Source: Psammoneis japonica | Lineage: Eukaryota | Direction of reading: 5' to 3' | Assembly (NCBI GenBank): GCA_008632985.1 | Contig: QPGO01000011.1 | Location: 186,001-250,000 of the forward strand | Length of the DNA: 64,000 nucleotides | Shown: positions 13,044 to 24,980 of the stretch, in pieces | Position numbering within the stretch: the first letter of the stretch is position 1 | Layout of the letters: each line of letters begins with the position of its first letter | The notes under the pieces: model-generated | Seen by the model: the letters and a program-made list of their open reading frames with translations, nothing else | Databases searched by the model: none | Told to the model about the DNA's origin: nothing | Program-made: the position numbers and the translations under genes

Positions 13044-14109
13044 CTACATAAAAGCCCGAATAACGTTGAACAAGCTAAAGGCCGCAATTCCCATCTTCAG
13101 TGGTTCCATTGTCTTTGCGTTCGCAAGAGCCACTTGGTAATTAAAGGATCCATCCGCTCCGGTGCCAAGTTCTTTGACTGTACGAAACAGAAAGAAACAA
13201 GACATGGCGGTGCTTAGTCCAAGCTTTGACTTTTTCGGTGGCGACGCCGGCACATAGTCGTAGTTTAACAAGTCGTCCTCGACTCCTAAAGAACGGGATG
13301 CTCCAGAAGAGAATGATGTTGGTCTCTCCAAGATGCACCGCGAGCCTTTCCGTCCAATGCATCATTGTATCCCAAATCGTAATACTCTTTCATCATGTTC
13401 TCGTCCACTGGGATGCTAGACCGGGGGACTGTACTACTGGAGGCCAAAGGCGGCTCGACGCTGCGTTGCGTCGCGGTGGGAACAGCAGCAGACCCCGGAA
13501 ACAGAGCACGCCCCATCCAAAGAAAGAAAATGAGGAAAAGGCCAAACGCCATTTTGTTGGTAAGTTTGCTGCTAATCGCCGTTGGTAACACTTGCTCGGC
13601 AGTTTCACGACACCGTCTCGGAAAGTTGCGCGCACACGTGACAAGAGTTGAGAACGACTTGTGGTCGAGTTTGCCTGTACCAAATCGGGTGCTGTGATTG
13701 CAAATATATAAAGCAGTAGCGCAACTAACGTGACAGTTCTCGTAAAGCCCCATAGAACTATCAGAGACAACAAAAGCCCCCCAATGCCCAAAAGAGCCAT
13801 TTTCAACGACACCCCCGTCGGTAGGTACTGCGCTTCAAATCTCAAGAGCGACTGTCGAACTCGTGGATCTCTCGTAAGTTGATAATACTGAGCTTGGTAT
13901 TGCTCAAAGGTACTCGCACGGGTGGTATTTTCTGGTTTGAGTGCTGTTGTGGTTTGCGTCTTGACCATGAGAATAACATAGCGGCCACGGTCGGGAGAAT
14001 ACGAAGTGACAATACCAAGCTCGCCATTCATGTCGTCCCTCGACGTGTTCACCACTTTCACCGCCACTGGAGATGATGGATTTGCCAAGTAGTTCAATGG
14101 ATCCGTCAT
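13044..14109 (-). CDS. Hypothetical membrane protein (two apparent frameshifts)
   Basis: Protein-like ORFs 14109-13393, 13753-13286 and 13331-13044 overlap consecutively. Hydrophobic segments are present. The frameshifts are probably assembly indels. Confidence 0.65.
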
Positions 14110-14487
14110 GTTGCGTTCTTTTGTAGTTGTGGCACTTGATTTATGTGTTGCTAACTGACTCTCTCAACTCTTCGAAGACCTTCGTTGTCGAAGGTGATGA
14201 GTTACCATGAGACGTGAGACGCGGCGGCCGCGGCGAGATAGGCGAGCTGTTTCATGGCGGTCGACGGGCCGACGGAAGGATCAAAAAGCCGGCGGCTGTA
14301 AAGCAAAGCTCGTCGTGCTGACTACGCTAGAGCCAAAATACCAACATGTTGCCGCTAAAAAAGAAAGAGAGCCCCCCTGGTGTTATTGCAATAGATTATA
14401 TTTTAAATGAACAAGTCCAATTCTACAATCTTTGAGCTACAACCGACTTTGATATAGTGTAAGACTCAGGATTCTCCAAGACTCCAT

Positions 14488-15456
14488 TCACATGGGTGGC
14501 GGTGGTGGGGGAGGAGGTGGCGGCGGCGGCATGCTATCCTCACTTGGTGGCGGCGGTGGAGGAGGCAAGGGCGGAGGTGGAGGCATGGTGGATGCGGGAG
14601 GTAGTGGCGGCGGCGGAGGCAGCGAAGAAACTCCTCCTCCAACAGCTGGAGGTGGAGGGGGTGGTGGTAGCGGAGGCATGGGAGTGCTCGTCGTCGTACT
14701 GCTAATTGTAGTGACAAGTGGAGTGGTGGGATTGAGCATAGAGGATGCAAATCTCGTGTTTGGCTTCATAAACGCCGTGCCTCCTTGTGCTGCCCGGCTC
14801 TTTGCAGCTGCTGCCGCCAACATTCGTTCGGCACGACTTCCGTGTCGTTCGGGAGGAGCACCAGGAGCTCGTCCTGATTCTTCTGATCCTGTATCTTTCT
14901 TAAAGGCATACTGCACCACAATTTGTCGATTTCCTAGATACTGTTCGTGCATCACATCAATAGCTGCGTCACTAGCTTCAAATGAATCAAAAGACACAAA
15001 CCCAAACCCCCTGCTTTCGTTTGTAACTTCGTCTCGCATAATTCTGGGAGGACGAATCAGGGAACCAAAGGCAGAAAACGTATCATACAAAAGTGCTTCA
15101 TCCACATCCACTGGATCCAGATTTCCGATAAACAAATTAGCTCCCACGTCCCGATCCTTGTCCAAGGCACCACCCGAGTGCAGACTCGATTTCGAGACAC
15201 GAATAGGTCGACCATGCAACTTGATCATGTTGAGTACCGTCATGGCATAGTCCGCATCCCGGACATCGAAAAACTCGACAAAGCCATACCCATTATGTGT
15301 TTGTGTGACTTTGTCTTTGGGCATGAAGACGTTCTGGACGCGACCAACTTGTGTAAACAGCTCCGTCAGCAGCGCCTCGTTACAAGCTGGTTCCAAGTTG
15401 CCAACATAGCAGGTTGCTTCCTGATTGCGATGTTCGACTGTTGTGAGGGATGCCAT
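14488..15456 (-). CDS. SF3B4: Splicing factor 3B subunit 4 (SAP49)
   Basis: [12 protein letters not shown]...GYGFVEF, second [15 protein letters not shown]...[23 protein letters not shown]...[13 protein letters not shown] and a Pro-rich tail. Confidence 0.97.
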   Translation of the reverse strand: MASLTTVEHRNQEATCYVGNLEPACNEALLTELFTQVGRVQNVFMPKDKVTQTHNGYGFVEFFDVRDADYAMTVLNMIKLHGRPIRVSKSSLHSGGALDKDRDVGANLFIGNLDPVDVDEALLYDTFSAFGSLIRPPRIMRDEVTNESRGFGFVSFDSFEASDAAIDVMHEQYLGNRQIVVQYAFKKDTGSEESGRAPGAPPERHGSRAERMLAAAAAKSRAAQGGTAFMKPNTRFASSMLNPTTPLVTTISSTTTSTPMPPLPPPPPPPAVGGGVSSLPPPPPLPPASTMPPPPPLPPPPPPPSEDSMPPPPPPPPPPPPM

Positions 15457-15699
15457 TGTCGTAGACTACACGATTACATCTAACGAGTGGGCGATAGGAT
15501 GCAGGCTACTCGTATGCTACCTTTGCGATGAGAAACAGGTACTGTAAGACGACGCCATTTGAAGTCGGACGTCTCCATCTCATAACGGTAGTACGTCGCC
15601 CGGAGATCGAAGCACATGGGTTATGAGTTTGTGTGGTCACTGCCGTCTGCCGGTGCACAGCTTGCGGAATGTGGCATGCCTCAGCCGTGTGGCATCTTG

Positions 15700-18600
15700 T
15701 AACTTAGAGCAGCACTCCTTGCAACTGTCGGCTCTGCTGCTGTTGACAATCCCAAGTGTGCCACATGCCAACATGGTCGAATGACTTGTCATCCGACCGG
15801 AGCTGCGTGAGAACTTCCAAGGTTCCTGCAAGTCCGGGTCAAGAAGCTCTCAAGGTTGACAGCGTTCTTTGTCCTGGACAACTGGTTGCCATGGACAAGC
15901 ATGCACCCTCTGTTCGAGGTTGTTTGTTCAAATCTTGTGGCAAGATGAAAGAAGCAGACAAGTGCAGTGGCAGAACTGTTTTTGTTGACATTGCCTCTGG
16001 CAAGGTGTCGCAGCACACACCCCATCAAATTTCGTCTGGTGCTTGCAATGCTGTCAAGAGCAAAAAGGCTTTCGAGAAGGAGGCCACTTCTGCAGGCATT
16101 GTGATTCAAGCCTGTCAATTGGATGATGGCATCTTTGTGAGTGAAAAATTTGCTGAGGAACTTGAACAGGAAAGTCGCAGGGCAGGAAGCTTGCTGGCGC
16201 GTTGTTGGCGCACTTCACCACACCGCCACAGAGTGCAGCCAGGCCACGGAGCAGGCAACTCGTGCTGTTGCCAAAAGAGCACAAACTGTGATGTTTCATG
16301 CTGCAGTTTGATGGCTGGATGCAGCAGAGGGATGGATTTGTGGCCAATGGCGATGAGCCATTCTGTCCAATTGTGGAGCTCAAGAAGAACCCCGCGAGAA
16401 TGGATTTTTGATGAATTGTGCCCCAAAGAAGTCTTCTCAGGAGTGAAAGTTTTTTCAAGTTCAACCTCACAAACTTGGCTGTTTGAGGATGCCCAACCTG
16501 TGTGTTGGATCCAACATTGCAAGATGGCAAGAAAATGCCATGTTGGAAGGCCAGAAGCTGAAAAAGGCCAACTTGTGGGTTGCTCGCCACTCCAACATGC
16601 AAGTGACACATCCTTGGATTGACTCAGAAGCTCAAGAATGGCTCAATGTCAACTCAATTTCCTGCAGTTTGTGACAATTGGTTTGAGATGGTTCACTCAG
16701 ACATTCGGATGACAAGCACAGGATGCCACAGACAGGACTTCAAGATCTTGTGCAGAGACTGCGATGGAGAGGCTTGCAACTGTCACCATCATTGGATGAT
16801 TGGCTTGCTGCCAACCAAAGAGCTGCACAGAAAAGACATGTCCAACAAGAGCACTGACTTGACAGAACAGAGGGAGACATCACCTGGATCATCCAGGACA
16901 CCCTCTCCCCCCCCCCCCCAAGATGATCTTCTGCACAAAGGAGGTTCTTGAGCACTCCAAGATCAAGTGATGCTCCACTGGAGTCTCCATTGTCTCCACA
17001 TTTTGTCCACAAAAAAGTTGCTCCTCCAAGTGTTTGGTCCCCTTTGACTCCAGCTGACTCACCTGAGGCTCAAGAGGGAGATCCCAAAGTTCCAAGGTCT
17101 CCTGAGCCACCTTTGGTTGCTGACAATGATGGCCACCATTTCCCCGCCTGAAGCTTCACATGCTCTGACCCCAATGTGGGTGTGCTCTGACAGAGCAGCT
17201 CATCCCAAGGATCATTGTGTCTTTGAAGGGAAGGATCAACATGGCTGCAATGGACATGCCTGGAAGGGCGTGGCCTCTTTCATTTTGAACTTGTCACATT
17301 GGCTCAAAAGTGGCTGCAGGATGGCAGAATTTGTGAAGATTGACATGACTCATGCAATGTTTGGCAACCTTGATGGCAAAGGTGTCAATGCTGCATGTCC
17401 GTCATCTTCTCATTTGTTGAACTTTTTGTGAGCAAGAAGACCCTACAATCCTGATGCTTGTTTGTGTCATGAAGCAATGGCAGGACCACATGTGCGGAAG
17501 AGTTCAAGAAAGCCATGCATTCTGAGGTCAAATGACTCAATGCTGAGGTGCAACTCATTCACTCCGGTGGTGCTGTGTGATTCAGCACCAACTGTGGCTC
17601 AAATGTTTTGCTTGGTGCTTGGGCATTCAAGATCAAGAGACTCCCTGATGGATGTCTCAAGAAGTTCAAGGCATGCTTCTGTGTGTGAGGGAACCATCAA
17701 CAAGAGGGAGCTGATTTCTTTGTTGTGCATGCCCCGGAAGTTCAGCAGAGTGTGGCTTGGCTTGCTCACGAGTTTGTCAGACATGCGTGGGTTGCACTCA
17801 TCAAGTTGATTGCACCCTTGCTTTTGCCCAAGCAGGCATTGAGAGGATGCATGTGTTGCTTTTGCACAAGCTCTTCTAGATGGAACATGAAGGAGACTGC
17901 ATGTTGAAGCTCAACAAGAGCTTGCACGGGTTGCATCAAGCCATGGCTGCTCCCAGATTCCAACATCTGTCCAAGGGTGGTTTGGAAAAGTGAAGAGTGT
18001 GCACTGCATTGTGGTGAGGGTGATCCTGGCTCGTTTGCTGGTGAAGACAGTGCTTGTCTTGTGTGTGTTGATGGCTGTTTGTTCCTTGTGAAGGATCTCA
18101 CATGAAAATTGGCAACACGTTGTGGGTCAACTCAAGGTGAGTGGCTGCAAACTTGATGTCAAGGATGACACCAACAGCTTTCTCAGTGTCAACATCAACA
18201 GGGATGATGATTCTGGGACCACCCATCTCACTCAAAAAGGCCTCATCAAGAAGATTGTTGCTGCTGCAAATGAGAGGTTGTCGCACTCCAGCCACTCCAG
18301 CTGCTCTGCTTCCTTGGCCACTGGTGCTGCTGGTCCTGCCAGTGTCACTGGCATGATGCTCTGCTTGGCCTCCAGTGTCAGGTCAAGATGGCCTCAAGGT
18401 CACGCCTGAGCCAGGAGAAAGGCAATCCTTTTCTGCAATCAGTTGCCCAATGGGAACAAGGATGACTTGTCCCAACATGCTGCATTGAAAGTTAAGAAAG
18501 GAAAGAAGTGGCCAATGAATCTGTGTGTGTGGGATGCTTCTTTCCATTGAGCTCCCAACAGATCACTGCATGTGGATTGCATCCCCAAAGGCTCATCACA

Positions 18601-18800
18601 CAGCGGTTGATTCCAAAACTGCATCCATTCAGAGTTGCAACCATTTAGGTCATCGTCAAATTTTATGAGTTCATGCTGTCTACCCATGCTGACAATCGAA
18701 GTTGCACATCTTCAAAACACAGGCTTCTCGAGCGCAAAGCAGGTGACATGAGGCCAAGCAGTGGGGATGAACCAAAGCCTTGCCACCAATGGTTCGAAAA
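15700..18800 (+). mobile_element. Decayed Ty1/copia (CoDi-like) LTR retrotransposon: integrase-RT remnant
   Basis: Integrase PGQLVAMD...TVFVDIASG...KKAFEKEA...DDGIF. RT WAFKIKR.PDG..KKFKA.FCVRG, QVDC.LAFAQA, KSLHGLHQA and LVCVDG. Many stops and frameshifts. Homologous to 27900-30400. Confidence 0.9.
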
Positions 18801-19022
18801 CCCTGCGACCAAGCCGGAGATTGGGACAGCCAGCAAGCTAAAAAAATGATTCAAATGCTGCATTTTATCCCAGTTTACTTGTAGCATAGCGTAGAAGAGA
18901 AGAAGACGTCACTGCAACCTACAAACGGCCGGCAAGGCCCCGCAATCTATCATAGCGCCTTGACAAAGTACAACAGATAACAAAACATTTCCAATTGCTA
19001 AATTCTCTGTTTTAGATCAAGT

Positions 19023-20303
19023 TCACAGTTCCTCCTTTCCACTCTCTCCATCAGTCGTCGTAGCTTTTTGCATCTTGCCATATAAGATTGTCAGATTGAT
19101 TCGTCGATTCTCGTATCCCGGCTTGAATCTAAAATCGTCTGTTTTATGAAAGAGCGCCGAGTCAAAAAGAACTGCCCTATTCTGCTTGTAAGGCACAGTG
19201 ATATTTGAAAAGTTGGAAGGCCTGAGAAGCTCCTCAAGATGCTCTCCCAATTTGTTGTATTTCCGTTGGTCCCACGATGCAGGAGGCTTGACAGTGTAAA
19301 CAACCAGACCACCACTGTCTTTGTCCAGATTGGCACTGTTAGGAGTTAGCCAAATGTTGACATTAACGGCAGCTTCGTCGGCATGGATACCGATGCCTGA
19401 ATACCTTTCGTCGTACTTGTAGGCCCAAAGATACCTCAATGGGTGTTTCTCCATGATTCGCGGAAGAGCTTTGTGAAGCTCATATGCGACAGCAATCAAG
19501 AGCCGATCATATAAACCATCATCAATGTATGCCCCAACGTAACCACCCTCATTGGTAGTTTTCGTTTCGTACCAGACAGTACTCTCAAGCATTATTTGTC
19601 GCACACGCTCTAAAGCCAGGGGTGATAGTAAATTATCAATATAAACAATACCTGGATGGTAAAGTCCAGAATCGTCTGTTTCTTCGCCATGCCACTGTCG
19701 CTCGATTCTTGAAAGATCTAGATTCGCATTCAACAAGCTGACAGGATTGCCGTTCACATCAGTTATATTCTCACTAAAGTCAGTCACATGAAGTGCCTTG
19801 TTGTACAGGTCTCCAATACCTGTATTGTAGTCCTTTTGTTGGAAGAAATAGAATCCCCGAGCAGCTTCGAACTTCTCGTCAGAAGGTAGCGTATCCAGCA
19901 CTCGCTTATAAACAGGCACAACTACGGATTTGAAGAATTCCGCTTCTGTTTTGTTGGACGAGAATAAGTGTTCTGAAAGGTATTCTGCTTGCTCGAGGTC
20001 ATGCTTGAGTTTGTATCTAGACGTATAAGTCAGACCAGCCCCTTTTTGGATGATCGAGGTACTGAGCTTACTTCTTTTTACTTGCGATGCATCTGTATTT
20101 CGCTCTGTTTGTTTAAAGTATCCTGACATGACGCGGTGCAGTCCATCAATGTCGTACTTGGCCGAAAAGTGCTCAATCACATCAAAGTTAGACATGGGTT
20201 CCTTCATCGAAGAAGCAGCAGGGCTGATGGCCAGGCTAGTAGTAGCAGCACCACAGCGCTCTGATAAAACGACGAGTTCATCATCATCATCATCTTTGGA
20301 CAT
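19023..20303 (-). CDS. 2OG-Fe(II) oxygenase-like conserved protein
   Basis: WAYKYD..GIGIHADEAAVNVNIWLTP..ANLD..SGGLVVY...NRAVLFDSALFHKTD...RRINLT gives an HxD...H...R facial-triad layout. The 5' end may include an upstream exon. Confidence 0.75.
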   Translation of the reverse strand: MSKDDDDDELVVLSERCGAATTSLAISPAASSMKEPMSNFDVIEHFSAKYDIDGLHRVMSGYFKQTERNTDASQVKRSKLSTSIIQKGAGLTYTSRYKLKHDLEQAEYLSEHLFSSNKTEAEFFKSVVVPVYKRVLDTLPSDEKFEAARGFYFFQQKDYNTGIGDLYNKALHVTDFSENITDVNGNPVSLLNANLDLSRIERQWHGEETDDSGLYHPGIVYIDNLLSPLALERVRQIMLESTVWYETKTTNEGGYVGAYIDDGLYDRLLIAVAYELHKALPRIMEKHPLRYLWAYKYDERYSGIGIHADEAAVNVNIWLTPNSANLDKDSGGLVVYTVKPPASWDQRKYNKLGEHLEELLRPSNFSNITVPYKQNRAVLFDSALFHKTDDFRFKPGYENRRINLTILYGKMQKATTTDGESGKEEL

Positions 20304-20689
20304 TCAACTGAATACGTGCCATAATCCATCACCATGACTTCCTCATTCCCCGTTTCCCGAAAACACCGACCGCGGAGATGAGACAATACCTTCGGGTTCG
20401 CCAGGCTAGGCACTGAGTATCCTACAGGCACCAGAGGGGTTCCTTGTACGTACCGGTAGGGCTACCTCTGGGTTCACCAGGCACTGAGTTGAACATCTAG
20501 ATCGCGGGCTACGACTCAACATTTAACATTGGCTCGTGGTTCAGTCGCGGGTCAAGCACTTTCCTTTACAACAACATGAGTCGAGAATTGATGGAGGAAT
20601 TCTCTGGACAGCCACATTGTCTGGGTTCGGATTGGAAAAGAACTTCCGAAACAATCAATTGTCATGCTTCTCATTGAATCACAGGTGAA

Positions 20690-23600
20690 TTGTCAACAAT
20701 TGTTGGGGTTCTGACAACTCTTCTTGTTTTGCACTTGCTCCGATCCGACCCTTCGAAACAATTGTGCGAGATCTTCCTGATCCTCACTCTGACATCGTCT
20801 CATAAAAAGTTGTTCCTTCAAAACTGTGTGAAAACTCTCAGCAAAGTCTGCAATTCACTTGTGTCCTGTCATGGCCTTTTTAGAGAATTCAAGCATTCAG
20901 CCATTTTTTTTTGCTTCGTCATGCTGCTCTGACGGTTGGTGGGTGGGTGTGGTTGAGCTGTTGTCCACAGCATGCAGTCAAATCACCCTCCTCAAGTTGA
21001 CGCTTTGCCTTTTGATGTGGAGGCCTTCTTCAAGGCACTTCCAGAGTGCCGTGAAGATGCTTGCATGATGTTGCGTTCGCAAAACCCGGCAGATGGGGTG
21101 CCAACCCCTCGAGCCGCAGCGTGTGTGTTGACTCTGGCGAGTGAGGCAGTGACACTCTTACCTCGCTCTCTCACTTGTTGTCCACTGTGTGTCCTGGCAG
21201 AGTGGGGGCCAGTGTTGGAGCAGCAGTTAAGATCTGTGGTGCCCCAAGAGCTGCTTGTGGAGCTCGGTCACACACACTGTCTCATTGGGCCGAATTCCGC
21301 CCCGGATGGTTCATTTCTGCAGGAAATGGATCAAACTCGGGACACCACCAGACCCCGTCCCTCCCTTCCAAAGACTTGGGTGGACCAATTTCTTCCTCTG
21401 TGGCCATGACCACAACCAATGTGAGTGACCCCATCCGCTTTGCAGTGGGGCAGTGGAAGTTCGTCATGGACACTTGGGCCGCCATCAGTCAAGTGGCGTC
21501 ATTGCATGCTTCTCCGTCCATCTCTCCCCCGGACAAGGTCCAAGAAGAAGGTTTGGTTCCTCTGGAAATTCAGCCTCAACCCAGTTTCATTGCTTCCCAT
21601 TGATTTGACCCTGAAGAATCGTCGCGTGGTGGACCCAGCGACATTCCAGACCCCTTTCGACCTTCGGGCTCGGACAACCCCTCTCCTGCTCCTGCTCCTG
21701 CTCCTGTGGACCACACTGTTTCATGCCTTGAAGCAAACTGCAAATGCTTGATGTGTCAATCTTGCAATGTGAAGGCTCATCTTCAGGAAGAGGTTTAGAA
21801 CCATGCCCGCTTGCTTCACCGAGTCACCGCTTTAGAGTCCGGTCCCCTCAATTTTTGTGCTGATCTTCACCCTCATGTCAATCGTCTCCAAGACACCCAG
21901 GCACGTGCCATTGAGGATCTCACCCAGCTCCAGAATCAGGTGTTGAGCCCTGCTGGTTCCCTCCATGCCCTCAAGAATGAGGTTTCTGCCCTTGAGAGCC
22001 GTGTCACCATTGGACGTGGAGTTCCTGCTCATGGGGCAAGCTTCAACTGCCCGGAAGAAATCTGTCCCTGGTTGTGCCCAGTTTCAAACTCTGTGACAAT
22101 CTTTCATGATGCTGTGTCACTGTTGCATTCCATTGGAGCCACAACCTCTTCACACAAGAGTGCTTTGGTGATGATGAAAGCACAATGAGATGTGAAGATC
22201 TCATGTGACATGGAAGCTCGGGTCATCACTTCTTTCTGGACGAGTCCACCTTGGATCTCATTCAACACTTCTGTGGAAGGAGATGCGGCAGAGGATTGTC
22301 AACGGCTTTCCTCTCATCTTCAGAAGTGCTCCAACTGGCATGCAGATGATGGTGCATCTGGTGCATCTCAATGCATGCTTCGTGGGGCTCTGGAGGTCCA
22401 GAATCGGGTGACATTCCTTGCCCACCAAACCACCACCAATCCTCATGTTCTTTGGTTGAGTCAGGGCATGCTTGCAGACTCATTGAACTTCATGCAGCGG
22501 CTCACATCCTTTGCTGATTGCTGGATCATTGATCTCAAGACTGGCAGTTGCTTTGGTGATGCAGAAGCTTGGGAGGTCATCGTCTGCTCCATTGAGAAAA
22601 TCTTTGAAGACATGAGAGACACCCATTCTTTGATTCAGGACGTCTCTGATTCAGACAAGTCCATCATGGTTTGTGGGTTTGTTGAAGAGTCATGAGGTCA
22701 TGTGTGATTGTCTTGCACATGATTTCAAGAATCACCCTTCAATCAATGGGACATTGCTTCAGAAGATTGTGAATGCAAGTCCTGCCGCCAGTCTGCAATC
22801 CAGGTTGTCAGCCGCAGAGAAGACTGCCAACGCTGATCACGCATCCTTGGCCAATCTCAAGTCTCGGGTGTCGGCTTTGGATTCCAAATCTAAGTGAGCG
22901 GCTCCTGGTGATCCCCCAGGCTTGCCTTCCCCCCTCTCTTCCTCCATTCATCCTTTGTCGAAGGCATCATCACCTCTTGCAAAGGATCATGGACAAGAAC
23001 CAGACATTGCACATTTGACAGGACCTCTTGGCAGATTTGTTCAATTGAGGCAGGGTCTGTGTCTTGTCCAGTTCTTCTTGGATGTGGGCAATCGCGGTGC
23101 ACCTGGTGGGTGTCTCCACGATCAAGCATCTCCCTCTTACCTTGGAAGCAACGAAAAATCTGAAGCAGCTTTGTCAGAAGGGTCTCTTGAATTTTTCAAC
23201 AAGATCCATCATTGGGCATCAACACTTGGCCAAGCTCAACTTCGATTTAGCTCTTTTCAATGTCCCTTGGATTTCCAATGCCCCTCACCACCCATTGATC
23301 TCTTTTCCAGCCCCACTGCAGGTCCATGTCACCCTGTCTGAGATTTGCAACATCTTGAAACCCTTGGGGCATTCTCAACTTTGGTCCCACTCCATGTGCC
23401 ATTGCACCTCAGGGGGAGTTACCTCGTGTTCTATCCCTGTTGCTTGGGTTGGAGAGGGTGGTGGTCAAGTGCAACTCAGGGGAGTGTGTGACATCCTCAC
23501 AGGCCCATGGGTTCTTTCGCAGACAGGGCAGCCCCTTTGTCTTTTGGTCTGACCCGTTGCAGGTTGGAATCTGCACCCCCGGTCTGGTCCACTTCCTTGG

Positions 23601-24980
23601 ACATGCCATGCCCCTGGCCTTTGCCACCCTCACATCTTCCGATTCGTGCTCCTTTGGTGTTTTTTAAGGGCCAATTCTCCACTCAGCTTCTTGCTTCATC
23701 AGAACGAGCAAACATCTTCCCCCCAGACTCTTCTGGTGGAATGGCGAATTTGATTTGGAATTGGAATTTGGGTTGGGTGGTTCCCTTGTGAATCTGTGTT
23801 GAGTTTCTCATGTGGGCATCCTCTTGGCTTTCTGCTCATGTCTCTCCCATCTGCTCTAGCTCCAGCATCTTCACATCCACCGGTGTGACGAGCTCTCCCA
23901 AGGTGATGACGAATGACCTTACACTTCAGGTCCTCCACTTGAAAGCTGGCCAATGGACAGGGGACACTGCTCTTTATCGTGTCTCCCATTTCAGTTGGCT
24001 GTGGGAACCAAGTTCTGCAAGCAATGTGTCCACCGCGACCAAAGCAGACAAGGCCAGAATTGACACTTCCCTGTGGGTGGTTGGTGGTCCTGGAATTGAA
24101 TTAGAACATGCCAAAGAGATCATCCGGCCCCGGTTTCTCTTGGGTCATTGGAAACAAAATGTCCTTTGTGACCTTCAACATTTTCTTGTAACTTCCCGGT
24201 CCTGGGAGTCACCTTCGGAATTCCAAAAAGATTTGGACATGGCTTGTGATGTGTTTCCTTGAATCTCAAATGCCACTTGGTGGGAGTGGGCTTGTGGAAG
24301 TCGCATTTTCTGGTGGTGGTGGACCCCCATTTGGAGAAAAGAAGCCAGGGATGGTGCCCCAGTGTTGCACAAGTCGTTCTCTGAACTTCTGCTCCATTTT
24401 TTGCTTTTCCTGAGGGTGATGACAACATCCAGGTGGTTTGGAGTGACACTGAAAATGGCATCAACCCGCTTTGTGTGCCCCAAAGTTTTTCATGCCGGTC
24501 CCTGACTCGTCATTTTGACGGCTCCCCCATGGCGCCTGCATGGCGGATGTCGATTGTGGGGAGATGTTCAACAACTGGTGCATGCATCCCTTGGAACATC
24601 AGCGTGCTGGTGTTTGCCTTCCAGAATGGTTGGCCTCTGCTCTGAACACGTCCTCTCATTGCTGCCGTTGGGATTGTCTCCTTTTTGGCTGGAGTCCTTC
24701 CCCTCTCCCAGCTGTTCAGATGGTGCAACGTGCTCTTGAACTGGTGAAGGGTGACCGTTGTGATGTCTCTCACCCACTTCACTTTGCTCGTGTTGCTCTC
24801 AATCTTCCTGTGTCTTCTTTGCATGACCCTGGTCAACCGCATCTTACCAAATGCCAGTCTGACAGGCAAATTGCTGCAGAGGTCCTTTTCTTCTCGAATG
24901 ATGGACGCCCTTTTGGCCCTGACAAGGAATTGGCTGCATCTGCCACCCATGCAACCTCCTCAGGGATTCAACATCTGGCC
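20690..24980 (+). mobile_element. Decayed DIRS/Ngaro-like (tyrosine-recombinase class) retrotransposon, truncated within RT
   Basis: ADVDCGEMFNNW...AGV, RWDCLLFGWSPSP, LNLP.S..HDP and FFSNDGR(=YVDDGR) RT motifs at 24540-24980. WEWACGSRIFWW lies upstream, and a gag-like coiled-coil ORF lies at 21800-22900. Family assignment is from recalled motifs, not from a search. Confidence 0.6.

Noticed and set aside
14492..15250. Gly-rich + strand ORFs (also 49827-50135 and 59923-60558)
   Set aside because: They are antisense shadows of the Pro-rich regions of SF3B4, GRASP and AP4E1.
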